Shown here in pieces: positions 52,713-64,000 of a DNA stretch of 64,000 nucleotides (positions are counted from its first letter, which is position 1; the number at the start of each line of letters is the position of its first letter). Position numbers and translations under genes: made by a program. Origin of the DNA: Eledone cirrhosa. Its lineage: Eukaryota. The stretch covers positions 12,834,001 to 12,898,000 of the forward strand of contig OZ024745.1 in NCBI GenBank assembly GCA_964016885.1, written 5' to 3'. The notes under the pieces were generated by a model. It ran no database searches and was not told the DNA's origin. It saw nothing but the letters and a program-made list of their open reading frames with translations.

Positions 52713-54190
52713 ATGTGGATAGTGTTGCCTTATCTGAAACAAGAGGGTCATACCACTGAGATGTCCAGTGGCTATATGTTTTACTGGAGTGGCAGAGCAG
52801 CAGGGTGCAAAAGGGAGGAAGGTGTGAGTTTTGCAGTGAAAACATCTTTGGTGTCGACACTTGACCAGTTTTCAAGTGGCGTCAGTGATCATCTCATGTC
52901 AATGAGAATTCCTCTGATGTACAATCGGTACCTTACCATTGTCAGTGTATATGCCCTGACGATGAACTCCAATGAAGACGAGAAACTCACCTTTTACAGG
53001 TCTTTGAAGGAACTTGTCAAAAAGATTCCTTCAGCAGACAAAATTGTCATACTTGGTGATTTCAAAGCACGTGTTGGCAGGGATTACGAGACTTGGGATG
53101 TGATCGGCAGGCATAGCATGGGAAAATGTAACAGCAATGGTCTCCTCTTGCTACAGATGCGTGTGGAGTTAGATTTGTTCATTGCAAGCACGATGTTCCA
53201 GCAAAAGGATAAGTTCAAGACAACATGGATGCATCCTGGGTCGAAAATGAGGCATCTAATCGACTATGTTCTTGTGAAGAAATGTGACGCAGAATATCAA
53301 GTATGTGTGTATTCTGCGTGGTGCAGAGTGCTGGACAGACCATCGTCTGGTGCGTGCCAAGGCAAACTTTGTGATCAAACCTCAAACAAGAGCAAATGGT
53401 GTAAAAATTCCAAAGCCCTTGAATATGGATTGTATGAAAGATAAGGGTGTCAAGGAAGAGCTGAGTTGCAGGCTTGAAAGCATTGATCGTGCGAACAACT
53501 GGAATGACTTCAGGAGCTCAGTCTATGAGGCTTCAGCTGAGGTCTTTGGCTTTGTCACAAGAAAACACAAGGACTGGTTTGATGAGAATAACAGGGAGGT
53601 CAAGGCTCTGCTGGACAGAAAACAAAAAGCACTTGATGCAGTTCTTAAAGGTGGTAGCTCTATTGGTGACAATTATGAGTGTTACAGACATGTAAAGAAG
53701 GAGATGCAGGTGAAACTCGGGCCAGGCAAAATACCTGATAGAGCAACAAAGCAGATGAGGTTCAAGCGGCTTCTGATGGCAAATATGTGTAACTGCTGCT
53801 TTCTCTATTCAGAGAGGTGTATGGTCCTTTTAGCTCACCAGTGATACCATTGAGATCAAAAGATGGCAAGCAGTTGCTGCACGATACAAAAGACATACTC
53901 GACAGATGGAGAGATCACTTTGATGAGCTCTTAAACCAGCCATCCCAGGTTGATGATGATTTCATTTGCTCCATTCCTATTGAACCAGTGAAGCATATGA
54001 GATGGCTAATGTATCTTCTCTTGCAGAGGTGACTTTTGCTGTGGTAAGTCTCCTGGTATGGATGGTCTGAGTGCAGAGATTTTGAAGTGCGGTGGTGAAA
54101 ACTTCATGCAGCACCTGACCTCATGAAAAAGGTGTGGGAAGATGAGAATGTCTCACAAGATTGGAAGGATGCACTCATGGTGATTCTCAT
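52713..54190 (+). mobile_element. RTE (BovB-like) LINE fragment, APE plus linker
   Basis: ALSETR..YMFYWSG..LGDFKARVG..TTWMHP..ECWTDH..HKDWFDEN; same family as 34042-41310. Confidence 0.88.
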
Positions 54191-54199
54191 GGTGAACTG

Positions 54200-54779
54200 A
54201 GTTTGAATCCCTAAAACTCGAGAAGTACCCAACCGACTTTTTTCAAACTTTACATGTGTATTACTTATGTTTCACGGAGTGTTATGCATATAAAGAATTC
54301 AACTTTTTGATCCCCTAGGGCCCACATTAGTTGAAAAACTGCGATTTTTCAGGTTTTAGGGGTTTTTTTAGTCGTTACGTCAGAATGATTTCCTTGAAAT
54401 TGTAACTATCTATTAATCAGTCTCTTCTTCATACCGTGAGCAAAGAAAATCCAACTTTTTTATGGCCTAGGACCCGCATTAGGTGAAAAACTTCATTTTT
54501 TCAGCTTTTTAGGGCCTTCTAGCCGATTTTCCCGAAATTTCAAGGCATATTATTCACATAAAAAAAATTCATTTTCTTGATCCCTAGGGCCCGCATGAGG
54601 TGAAAATCTGCATTTTTCCTGCTTCATCGAGGGAAATCTTAAAGATTATCCAGCCATCAGAATATTCGGTTTATTTTCTTTACATATTGTCCAGGCATGC
54701 AGTTTTTCCACGATTAGGTCTGTTGGCGGCCCGCGTTCCAAAATACCTTATCCCGTGCAACGCCGGGTACCACTGCTAG
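54200..54779 (+). mobile_element. Non-autonomous Helitron/Helentron-like element
   Basis: 3' hairpin CCCGTGCAACGCCGGG followed by CTAG|T. Three internal subrepeats (AATTCAACTTTTTGATCCCCTAGGGCCC.CATTAG.TGAAAA). Confidence 0.7.
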
Positions 54780-54989
54780 TATGTAATATGAGGTTATTTC
54801 CCTTCAACAGTGTTTGTCAATATTAATTCTCTAATGTATAGATTCTTTTCTTTTCTCCTTTCCTCATAATCTTTTAATTCATATTTTATAATGAAAGTTT
54901 TGAACCAATATGAGAATTTTTTTTCAGTAGAAACAATAGTTTATAACTTTGCCTATTAATCCGTATGGTGAGCAAATGGGGTCCCATAT

Positions 54990-55660
54990 GCTGGCCTCCC
55001 CATATCCCCAGCAGACAGGATGGAGAAGATGTTTCCCCGGAAGACGGTCAGGGAGATGCGCTGGAAGAACCATTCCAACTCGCGAGGCGCACACCTGCGG
55101 CTGGCCAGCTCAGCACCTATGGTGGTGAATGGGAGGTAGTCCTAGGGCCAAGGACACCAGACGTCTCCACAACCAAGGGCACGACCGCGAATCTGTTGGG
55201 GATCGACCGGTATTTGGAGAATTTGGCCTCCTCAGCCCGACGTGCAGCAGTACCTGGGTTAGTCGCAGACAGCACCAGGTAGCGGCTGGAGAAAGTGTCG
55301 CTGCAAGTGGCATCCCAGACGAGGGATTTGCCACCGCGGAACGGAAGATGGTCATCCACTCGATCCAGCCCCATCGGCTCGAGTTGGGAGGGGAAGCCTA
55401 CAGCGTCCAAGCCATGCTCAATGACCTTGTTGAGGGCAGCATGGCGTGTAAGGCGGCTGGCACTGTGGCGACAGGAAAGCAGGGTTTGGAGGCCGCGCGA
55501 AAACAGGCAAGGGGGTGCTGGTCGAGCTGGCGCGGGAGGCTGTTGAGGCCAGGCTGCACTGGATGGTATCCCATAAGCTTTGGGGGAGAAGGAGGAGGGA
55601 CGTCTACTGGTGTAAGTCCCAGCCTGTCCCACGTCTCATAGGCGACTTCACGCTCCCTGA
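54990..55660 (-). mobile_element. CRE-clade-like non-LTR retrotransposon 3' fragment (restriction-like endonuclease domain)
   Basis: LSC..RHAALN..LEPMGL..GKSLVWDATCSDT..AEEAKFSKY..VETSGVLG, then FQRISLTVFRGN..SIL in another frame. Confidence 0.8.
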
Positions 55661-55727
55661 ACACAGAGGGTTCTATTATTTGCTCAAATAATTATAAATA
55701 ATAAAATACTCAAAATTACATATGTAA

Positions 55728-55850
55728 ATAATTGTTTCTACTTTTGGCAAAAGGCCAACAATTATCCCAGTGCATTACTGGTACTTTATTTTATCGACCC
55801 CGTAAGGATGAAAGACAAAGTTAACCTCGATGGGATTTGAACTCAGACTG
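55728..55850 (-). mobile_element. SINE family A
   Basis: Same core and B-box as the other copies. Confidence 0.8.
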
Positions 55851-56818
55851 TACATATGTAAATAATATTATATTCTTCTATACCGGGTTTGATTACTTTA
55901 ACAATTTACATACAAAAAAGAACCAAACTAAAAAACCAAAACAAAAAAAAAACCGTTGAGCGGAATCGAACTCCCATTTGAAAGATGGTGAACAGCGGCG
56001 CTACAAATGTACCACAGTGGGAACGCTTCTTTGTTTCTCATTTTAGGGCTAATATATTGCACGATTTTAACAAGGAAGCGTTCAACCTGTGTGTGTATGT
56101 GCGAGGAAGATTAAAAATATAACTGAAAGTTATTTCTTTTTCTTAGGTTGTATGCTGTTTAAAACGCCCATAATTTGATGAGACGATCTAAAAACTGTAC
56201 TAACTAGGCAATTTGATTTTCTGTTGGATTTTATAAAGGAATTCGATACAAAAAATATCTGTAGTCTGTATCGGACTCACCCTTGACATGAGGAGAATAA
56301 CTGCGCTACTACGGTACCACGGCGCCAATCGCCAGTATAGATCTTAATCTGAATACTTACCCTTGCGTCCAGAGTAACCGTCGATTTTTGTTGGGTTTCT
56401 TCATGAGTGACACTCGGAAGTCTCCCCCTATTGCGGAATATTCTTTTGCTTAAATTCTTTACCTTTGTTATTTTTAAGATTTTTTTTTACACGAAAACAC
56501 CTACAATATTTCATCCTGTACCAGTGGTCACGTAGCAGAAGGCACCCAGAGAACGAACGTTTGGGTCCCTGGCAAGCGAGAAGGACCCTCCTAAGCTCGA
56601 CGATGTTGATCGACGTAGTTTGAGGAAGCATTAAACAGGATCGCTGTCTCGTCTGGGTGGCAGTGAATGGCTGAAGCTGCACAGGCGAGGGGAAGAGGTA
56701 GCTGCTACAGCGTCACATTAAGAAAGCATTTGAAGTTTGTCGTGTAAGATAGAAACAAGAGAAGTGGTGAAACATACCGCACCCTGGACATTTGCAGGCT
56801 TCCTATCTTTTTTAAGTA

Positions 56819-56871
<53 letters not shown>

Positions 56872-56904
56872 CACACTCACACAAAACATACATATATATT
56901 ATAT

Positions 56905-57065
56905 ATACATGGACACACTGGAAGAAGAAGACCAAGGTTAACGTATGTTGATGCCCTAAGGACAGACACTGGTCTGTTGGAGACGCAGGACATGGCAGCG
57001 ATAATGAGGGACAGAGACCGCTGGAGAGAACTCGTCCATGGATCTCGGGAATTTTACCCACCCTA
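56905..57065 (+). mobile_element. Short RTE/RTEX-like LINE 3' fragment
   Basis: HGHTGRRRPRLTYVDALRTDTG..MRDRDRWRELV, a typical RTE C-terminus. Confidence 0.6.
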
Positions 57066-57069
57066 GATA

Positions 57070-57129
<60 letters not shown>

Positions 57130-57198
57130 AGAGAAGTGGTGAAAAATACCACACCCTGAATATTTCCAGGCTTCCTATCTTTTTTAAGTAATACATAC

Positions 57199-58429
57199 AT
57201 GGTGGCTGCCAACTCGTTTTCGAGTACGGCCACTACTTTATATCCATGTAGGAGAACCCCTACCGATGCGCTGAACGAGTGTGACTTTTTAGTTCAGCCA
57301 GCAACTTGAAAACTCTGGTACAAACACTACACTTGTGACAATTATTGACACATAGAGCTAGGCCCATGGTATCATGTGACGACAAGTGCACAGAGATCTC
57401 CAGATATAAAGCAATGCCTGTGCCGTGAAGCTTTTATAGTGAACAAAGGCACTGCACAAAGCCAGTCCCACTCTCTTAACCAAGATGATATTTACCAAAA
57501 AGAAGAACAAGTCAACATCATTGGATACCGTCAGGGTTGCAGGTGTTATATCAGAGTTTTCCTTCTCTTAGAATTCTGCCTTGACAAAGGCTAAGGGGTC
57601 ATCACTCCCGGTGATTTTGGATGGCCATTGACTCTTAAGAGATCCTTTTCCCTTTGACAGGTTTTGTTTTTAGTCCTGCAGGATGTCCAAAGTCACCCTC
57701 CTCACCAAAAAACCTCGGTAGGGTTGCCAGTTTAGTCGCCAACAACCCGACCATAAGACAGGTTGTACTGGGATCCATGTTACCAGTAGCACCAACTGGT
57801 GACCTGACATACATACATACATGGTGGCTGCCAACTCGTCTTCGAGTACGACCACTACTTTATATCCATGTAGGAGAACCCCTACCGATACGCTGAACGA
57901 GTGTGACTTTTTAGTCCAGCCAGCGACTTGAAAACTCTGGTACAAACACTACACTTGTGACAATTATTGACACATAGTGCTGGGCCCATGGTACCATGTG
58001 AGGACAAGTGCAGAGAGATCTCCAGATATAAAGCAATGCCTGTGCCGTGAAGCTTTTATAGTGAGCAAAGGCACTGCGCAAAGCCAGTCCCACTCTCTTA
58101 ACCAAGATGATATTTACCAAAAAGAAGAACAAGTCAACATCATTGGATACCATCAGGGTTGCAGGTGTTATATCAGAGTTTTCCTTCTCCTAGAATTCTG
58201 CCTTGACAAAGGCTAAGGGGTCATCTCTCCCTGTGATTTTGGATGGCCATTGACTCTTAAGAGCTCCTTTGCCCTTTGACAGGTTTTGTTTTTAGTCCTG
58301 CAGGATGTCCAAAGTCACCCTCCTCACCAAGAAACCTTGGTAGGGTTGCCAGTTTAGTCGCCAACGACCCGACCATAAGACAGGTTGTACTGGATACATG
58401 TTACCAGTAGCACCAACTGGTGACCTGAC
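57199..58429 (-). mobile_element. Two head-to-tail ~610-bp non-autonomous RTE-derived elements
   Basis: 57199-57808 and 57821-58429 are highly similar. The minus-strand 3' end TGG.CGTACTCGAA.ACGAGTTGGCAGCCACCAT resembles the RTE terminus at 34042-34075. Confidence 0.75.
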
Positions 58430-58446
58430 ATACATACATACATACA

Positions 58447-58477
<31 letters not shown>

Positions 58478-58486
58478 GTGTGTGTG

Positions 58487-58538
<52 letters not shown>

Positions 58539-58582
58539 CTCTACGGTTCTTATATATTTGATATATATTTATCCTTGCCATT

Positions 58583-58683
58583 CTGAGGTTAACTTTGCCT
58601 TTCATCCTTACGGGGTCGATAAAATAAAGTACCAGTAATGGACTGGGTAATTGCTGGTCTTGTGCCAAAAGTAGAAACAATTA
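58583..58683 (+). mobile_element. SINE family A, 5'-truncated
   Basis: GAGGTTAACTTTGCCTTTCATCCTTACGGGGTCGAT...GTAGAAACAATT. Confidence 0.8.
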
Positions 58684-59608
58684 TTACTATATATATATAT
58701 ATATATAATAATATATTATATATATATATATATACATACACACACACTCACACACAAATAACATACATACACATATGTATGTATATTATTGAACCCTGAA
58801 CGTTTATCTTTTTTAAGTAATACATACATACATATATTATATATATGTATATATATACACACACACACATAAGTGGTGAAACATACCACACCCAGAACAT
58901 TTCAAGGCTTCCTATCTTTTTAAAGTAATATATACCTATATATATATTATTTCAGAGTAAAAAACAATTTATTCAAATTAATTTATAATTTCCATACCTG
59001 TCGGGACTAGTGAAATATTTTTTTGCAAATTTCAGTTAAGTGAAAGAAATATTTTGTTTATATAAATATATATGTATATACATAATAAAGTAAAAGGTCT
59101 GTACAAGTTTTTGTTTTCTCAGCGAAATAGTTTACTTTTCTAACGAAACAAATTTCAGTTTTCGAAAGTTAAACAACGCCATTACAACCAGCCAACGTTT
59201 TGTTACTATGTTAGTTGCATTCCAACCAGTCTAACGCTTTGTGTTGTTGCTATTATCAACGATCTTTCTTAGTTAAAATAAACGGTTTAAAATATATAGA
59301 AGACATTTTATTTCTTATATCACTTTTTACTTCTGGAATTAGTCTTACTATTCGAGCGGAGAATTACTTCAAATTCTGTTCAACATCTCAGCTTCTATTC
59401 TTCGGTTTCTTGGGACTGTTTTTCAATCAAACCTACCCCAAGTCTCACACACACACATATATAAAATCCAAAGCGGGCTCGATAAGGATAAATATTAAGA
59501 ACCCTAGAGCAAATATTTAAATATAAAAGCAGATTAAAGTTTTGTCATACCGGTAACCGGATAGTACTTACTACCCGTCATATTTATAGTTGTATTAAAC
59601 AGATATAA

Positions 59609-59690
<82 letters not shown>

Positions 59691-61156
59691 CGTTGCTTTC
59701 ACCCTTTGTTATTTTAATAAATATATTTTTCAATGACAAATATAACAAACTAGTGAATATCATAAACATGCATTTATTCATCAATATACACAAAAGATTT
59801 TCGTAACATTATTCATTCCATTAACAAACATTTTGCTGCTGAATTAGTATCATTCATTCTTTACAGAATCTGAAAGAAAAAAAAATGAGTTGTATTTTTC
59901 ATCTGGACATCGGCAAATATGAGCTAGAAAAAATCTATTTCCAACACATATTCACCGATGTCTAGATTAATAATATGTGTGTATGTATGCATGTGTGTGC
60001 GTTTCGTATCGAAGGCCTTCACTCCCGAGGGGAGCCATTGTGTATTGGTGTTCACCATTCTTCTCCAGTTTTCGAATTTTTTTGGTATCGAGAGTAAATC
60101 TCTTGTCTTCTCGGAAGCCCCAGGTTTCCCTGCCCTGGAAGAGCCTGGTCAAGAGTTCATACAGCGCGTGCGGCTGTACCGTACACCTTGCAACTAGGTT
60201 ACAGGGGGTGTTTAAGAACCCAAGACTACCTGGTAAACGTCGAAAACAAGGTGAAGATGACTGCTACTTCACACTAGTCTTCAAGACGGACTCAACTACA
60301 AACCATATCGGGTTACCCGTGGCAGTAGACTGATTAATTATTTCAAATCACATCTATTTATAACCTTCTATAGATGTTATAAGCATTATGACGTCATAAT
60401 GACAATATGGAGGAATTTTAAATGTTAAGTTTTCAATTTTTTTTTCTTCTTCTTTTTTTGCAAAAAAACAAAATATTTATTTATGAATAACTAATCCCCC
60501 CCACCCCCTCCCCATTCTTCTTTGACACTAGGGTCCTTCCCATTCCCCACCCCCTTTCCGTATTTTCTCTCGTTTTTTCTTAATATTTTCCTATTTTACA
60601 TTGCATTAATAAAGGAAAGAGCAATAAATAAATAAATAAATAAATAAAAGGGAAAGAAAAAGGCTATGTGGTGAGGATGAAACCCTGTACGTATGGCCGG
60701 GTGGCATATCTCAGCTGTGTCTAGCAGACAAGATGGCGAGAATATTGCCACAATGAACAATTGACGATACCCATCAGTCCTTTTAACTGGAGGACACCTT
60801 TCTCAGCTTTTGATGCTTTCGTCCCGATTTGACAGACGAAAACAACATTCCGGGTATTAACAGACAAAATGTTTAAACGTCGACTGACAAAAAAAGGAAT
60901 CAGTCAATTTATGTCTTGTATTTGTTCATTTTCCACTCCCTTACATTGTAAGAGTTAGATTTGACAAAATTTCAGATTTAAATCAGGGGTTTGGAATTCA
61001 AGGATTCAAAGGTCCATTACGCCCTGGGGAAGAGGTGTGTGTGTGTGTGTGTGTGCGTGTGTGTGTGGGGGGGGTGACAGCTCATACCTATGCATGTTTA
61101 GCTGGCTTCCTCCAAGGTATATCTCGTTGGAGGTGTCTTGAGGAATTTAATGATAG

Positions 61157-61262
61157 TGACCCCAGTCCTATCATCTCATTTCTACAGCTGAATAAACTGG
61201 AGCAACGTGAAAAAAAGTGTCTTGCTCAAGGAAACAACACATCACCCGGTCCGAGAATTGAA
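61157..61262 (-). mobile_element. SINE family B fragment
   Basis: Reverse of AATTCTCGGACCGGGTGATGTGTTGTTTCCTTGAGCAAGACAC...GATAGGACTGGGGTC. Confidence 0.75.
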
Positions 61263-61379
61263 GCATGGCGTCCGACCCTCTACCGATACAGCAAATTTCC
61301 ACCATTTATAATGATAATCTACAATACAGCTGAAAATCCCCCGGAACAGACGAGTGACTGGTTAGTTCATTATCGTCGA

Positions 61380-62330
61380 CACCGAGATCGCCCCACCCTC
61401 GAGAACGTCGTCGTACTTGTGCACCACCAGTCCTCTATAGAACTCTAATGTAGAATGTCAATTGATCGCAATGCCCAATTAGTAGACGGCTGTGTGCGCC
61501 TGACAAAATTCCTGATAGCAGGCACCCAATCTTGGTCTTTGCTTGATCTACGATTGCATCTCAGTGAAAGAGACAAGCTAGGGAAATAGGTGCTTTACAT
61601 ACGACGACCACACCTGTTAACCGGTCAGGCGGTAGGTAGTAGGTGACAGATGCGATGTACGTATTCGCCATCTGTGGCCGACCTTTCAGAGATAGCTTTC
61701 TCACGGCCCAATTTTGGATGCGAGTGGTCACTCTGCTTGTTACCTCCAAGTTTCTATTCATTTGGAGGTCTGGATCAAACTAGACCCCGAACAATTTAAC
61801 CGGCCCACCAGTCCATCGCCTGACGACGCTGTTGGAATGTATAGATTCGTTTCTCCAGGTACTGAGTCGCAGGCACCGATTTTCCCTAGTGCAATTTCAT
61901 CCCTGTTAACGTTTCATATACCCTGAGAGCGTTGCTCATCACCTCACTGTAGTTGGTGTTCGACACCACTTTGTTGACGTCGTAGGTATATGCTGACACG
62001 GAGCTCCCACAACTTAGTTCCCACAAGCTGCCTCTCAACGTCTCCAGTGTGTACAGTAGTGGTTCGAGAGCCAGCACATACAACAGGGACGAAAGGCAAC
62101 AAACTTGGCGGACTAAGCGCATGATATTGAGCTCTGACCTCAGAGTAAATGTTGCTGTGCATATACGATATATCTCGTTCAGCCTCTCTCTGGCTCTCTT
62201 TCCCTCTCTCACTATATATAGTCATTACGACAGCGGAGGTCCGACGAGCTTTTGATTCCAGAGACTGGCCAAATCGATACAGATCGAACCTTGAGCTGAT
62301 CAATAGCGAAACACTCGTCACCACTCAATA
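61380..62330 (-). mobile_element. Degenerate Tx1/L1-clade RT fragment
   Basis: VRQVCCLSSLLYVLALEPLL..SVSAYTYDV (decayed RQGCPLSP/AYADD) and W..RKLSLKGR..NTYIAS. Confidence 0.8.
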
Positions 62331-62361
62331 ATCATAATGAAGACATAACAAATCGCCCTTT

Positions 62362-62409
<48 letters not shown>

Positions 62410-63284
62410 TATAAGATATAGATTAAGGGATTTTTCGCTGCTGTTTCTAGCAAACAGAATGAATGCAGAATGACTTCCTCGTGACTTGTTCCTTGATCAT
62501 GTATGTACATGAGTGCACAATATATATTTATTGAATTAATATAAATATGTATATAGTTTAATTATATACTGGTGGTGTTAGACATGGCCTGGGCCAATGC
62601 TGGCCGAAACCTATCAAAGTTATTAAGATTATCAAAATTATATTTATTTATGCATAACAGTTTTTATTAGGAATTCGAATATAAATTCAATTTAGTTATA
62701 AATGAAAACATATTCTGCTAATCTTTGCGAACATAGAAAAAAAATGAAGCAAAACAAAAGAAAAAGAAAACAAAGATTGCTTTGGTTTGTAACACATCTA
62801 ATAGGATCTGGTAAATCGATGGAAAATTGGCTGCTATTTCTAGCAAATAGAGCCACTACCCAAAGTGATGGTCATGACCCCGCAGAGACTATCTTATCGA
62901 TATGCATACAATCAATGAAATTCATGTGTTTATATGGGTATCTGAGACTACATTGTTTAATGTGTGTCCTTCGTTGTTTGAAAACATAGCAGGAGGTAAA
63001 TTTGGCTGCTATTTTTAGCAAAATCATAAACATTCATGTCAGCAAAAAACAAAAAAAAACTTCTTTTTCAAGGGAGGCAACTCTGATGAATATTTTCAGA
63101 AAAATTAGAAAACCTTTTCGGAGAATGCTAATTACTTGCCGTCGCTAATGACCTGACGTCAATTTTACTAACTGATTCTATTTTTTACATTTTTTATGTA
63201 AAATCTTTGAAGTTTTAGTTTTATCATTGTTGCTGGGGGTTGTTTAAGACTACACCCCTATAGTATATATATATATATATATAT

Positions 63285-64000
63285 GGAACCAGTAAGACCC
63301 CGACGGCTGAGCTCAAGCCGTTTCGACGGCTAATTCTGGACTAAATGAAAATTTATCCTGGTTTTTAAATAGCCGATCTTCTCAACGGGTAATTCCATAT
63401 ATGGTCAAAGTGATTGTCAAAAGTCAGTAGTAATTCTGTGATTGCAAATTAGTAGGGGAGATGGTGGCTAAACCTGCCAGTAGGAGAAAGAGGGGAGGGG
63501 GTGGAGTAGACCCAATCAAGCGTTGGTAGTGCCAGCTACAGCTGGGCATGAGGTCAAAGAAGATACTGGGGAGGGGGAGGGGGAGGAAGTCGGAACGGTA
63601 GTTAGAACAATGAGGGGTAAAAATATATATGAAAGAAAAGCGAATAAGTGTAAAGAAAAAAGTAAAGCAAGTTCTACGACCTAAGTCTCTAGCTATTGTT
63701 AGGCTAGATAAATAAATAAATAAACAAAGAAAGAAGTAAAGAAAGAAATAAAGAAATAACGAAATAAGTAAATGAACTAGGTGGGACGGAATAGGCAAGG
63801 ACCCTTTTAAGAGGTATAAGTACGTAAATCATACGGTGACGGGTCAACAAATGGTGCCAAAATACTAAAGAGACTACCACGAAATAAATAATAAAGGTTT
63901 CTATCCCGGGCACAATGCCACCAACCACCCAGTGCAGCAAAGTAAACTAGCACTACCAACGCTTGATTGGGTCTACTCCACCCCCTCCCCTCTTTCTCCT
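63285..64000. mobile_element. Probable inverted-pLTR/foldback element running off the window end
   Basis: 63481-63535 is the reverse complement of ~63947-64000. A degenerate hammerhead-like fold lies at 63297-63390 on the minus strand. Confidence 0.55.

Noticed and set aside
55950-56020. tRNA-like reverse motif (GGAATCGAACTC)
   Set aside because: Too degenerate to classify; probably an old SINE head.
62585-62620. Hammerhead at GGCCAATGCTGGCC-GAAAC
   Set aside because: There is no CUGANGA core or stem I.

Overview
AT-rich, repeat-dominated metazoan DNA. An octopod cephalopod origin is inferred from the [10 protein letters not shown]-type C2H2 fingers, the SINE families and the (TA)n/(CA)n density; this is not proven. 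The only host gene family is a minus-strand tandem pair of C2H2 zinc-finger genes. One is a near-intact unit (9 full fingers at 15599-16525, with a probable upstream exon near 33.3 kb across a ~16 kb TE-filled intron) and the other is a decayed paralog (11.3-13.0 kb). The rest is transposon-derived or simple repeat: Penelope-like remnants with minimal hammerhead ribozymes, a hAT element with an 8-bp TSD, a CR1-type LINE, a nest of RTE-type LINEs carrying a PHD finger inside the RT, a second RTE family interrupted by a gag-less Gypsy element with an intact pol, Tx1/L1 and CRE-type fragments, a Helitron-like element, tRNA-derived SINEs, MITEs and satellites. No CRISPR, rRNA or credible tRNA gene was seen. 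The best leads are the PHD-bearing self-nesting RTE LINEs, the hammerhead-capped foldback element, the LTR-pol fusion, the palindromic two-way promoter-like element at 5.7-6.0 kb and the satellites that look derived from zinc-finger DNA. All coordinates were read by eye, so fragment boundaries are approximate.
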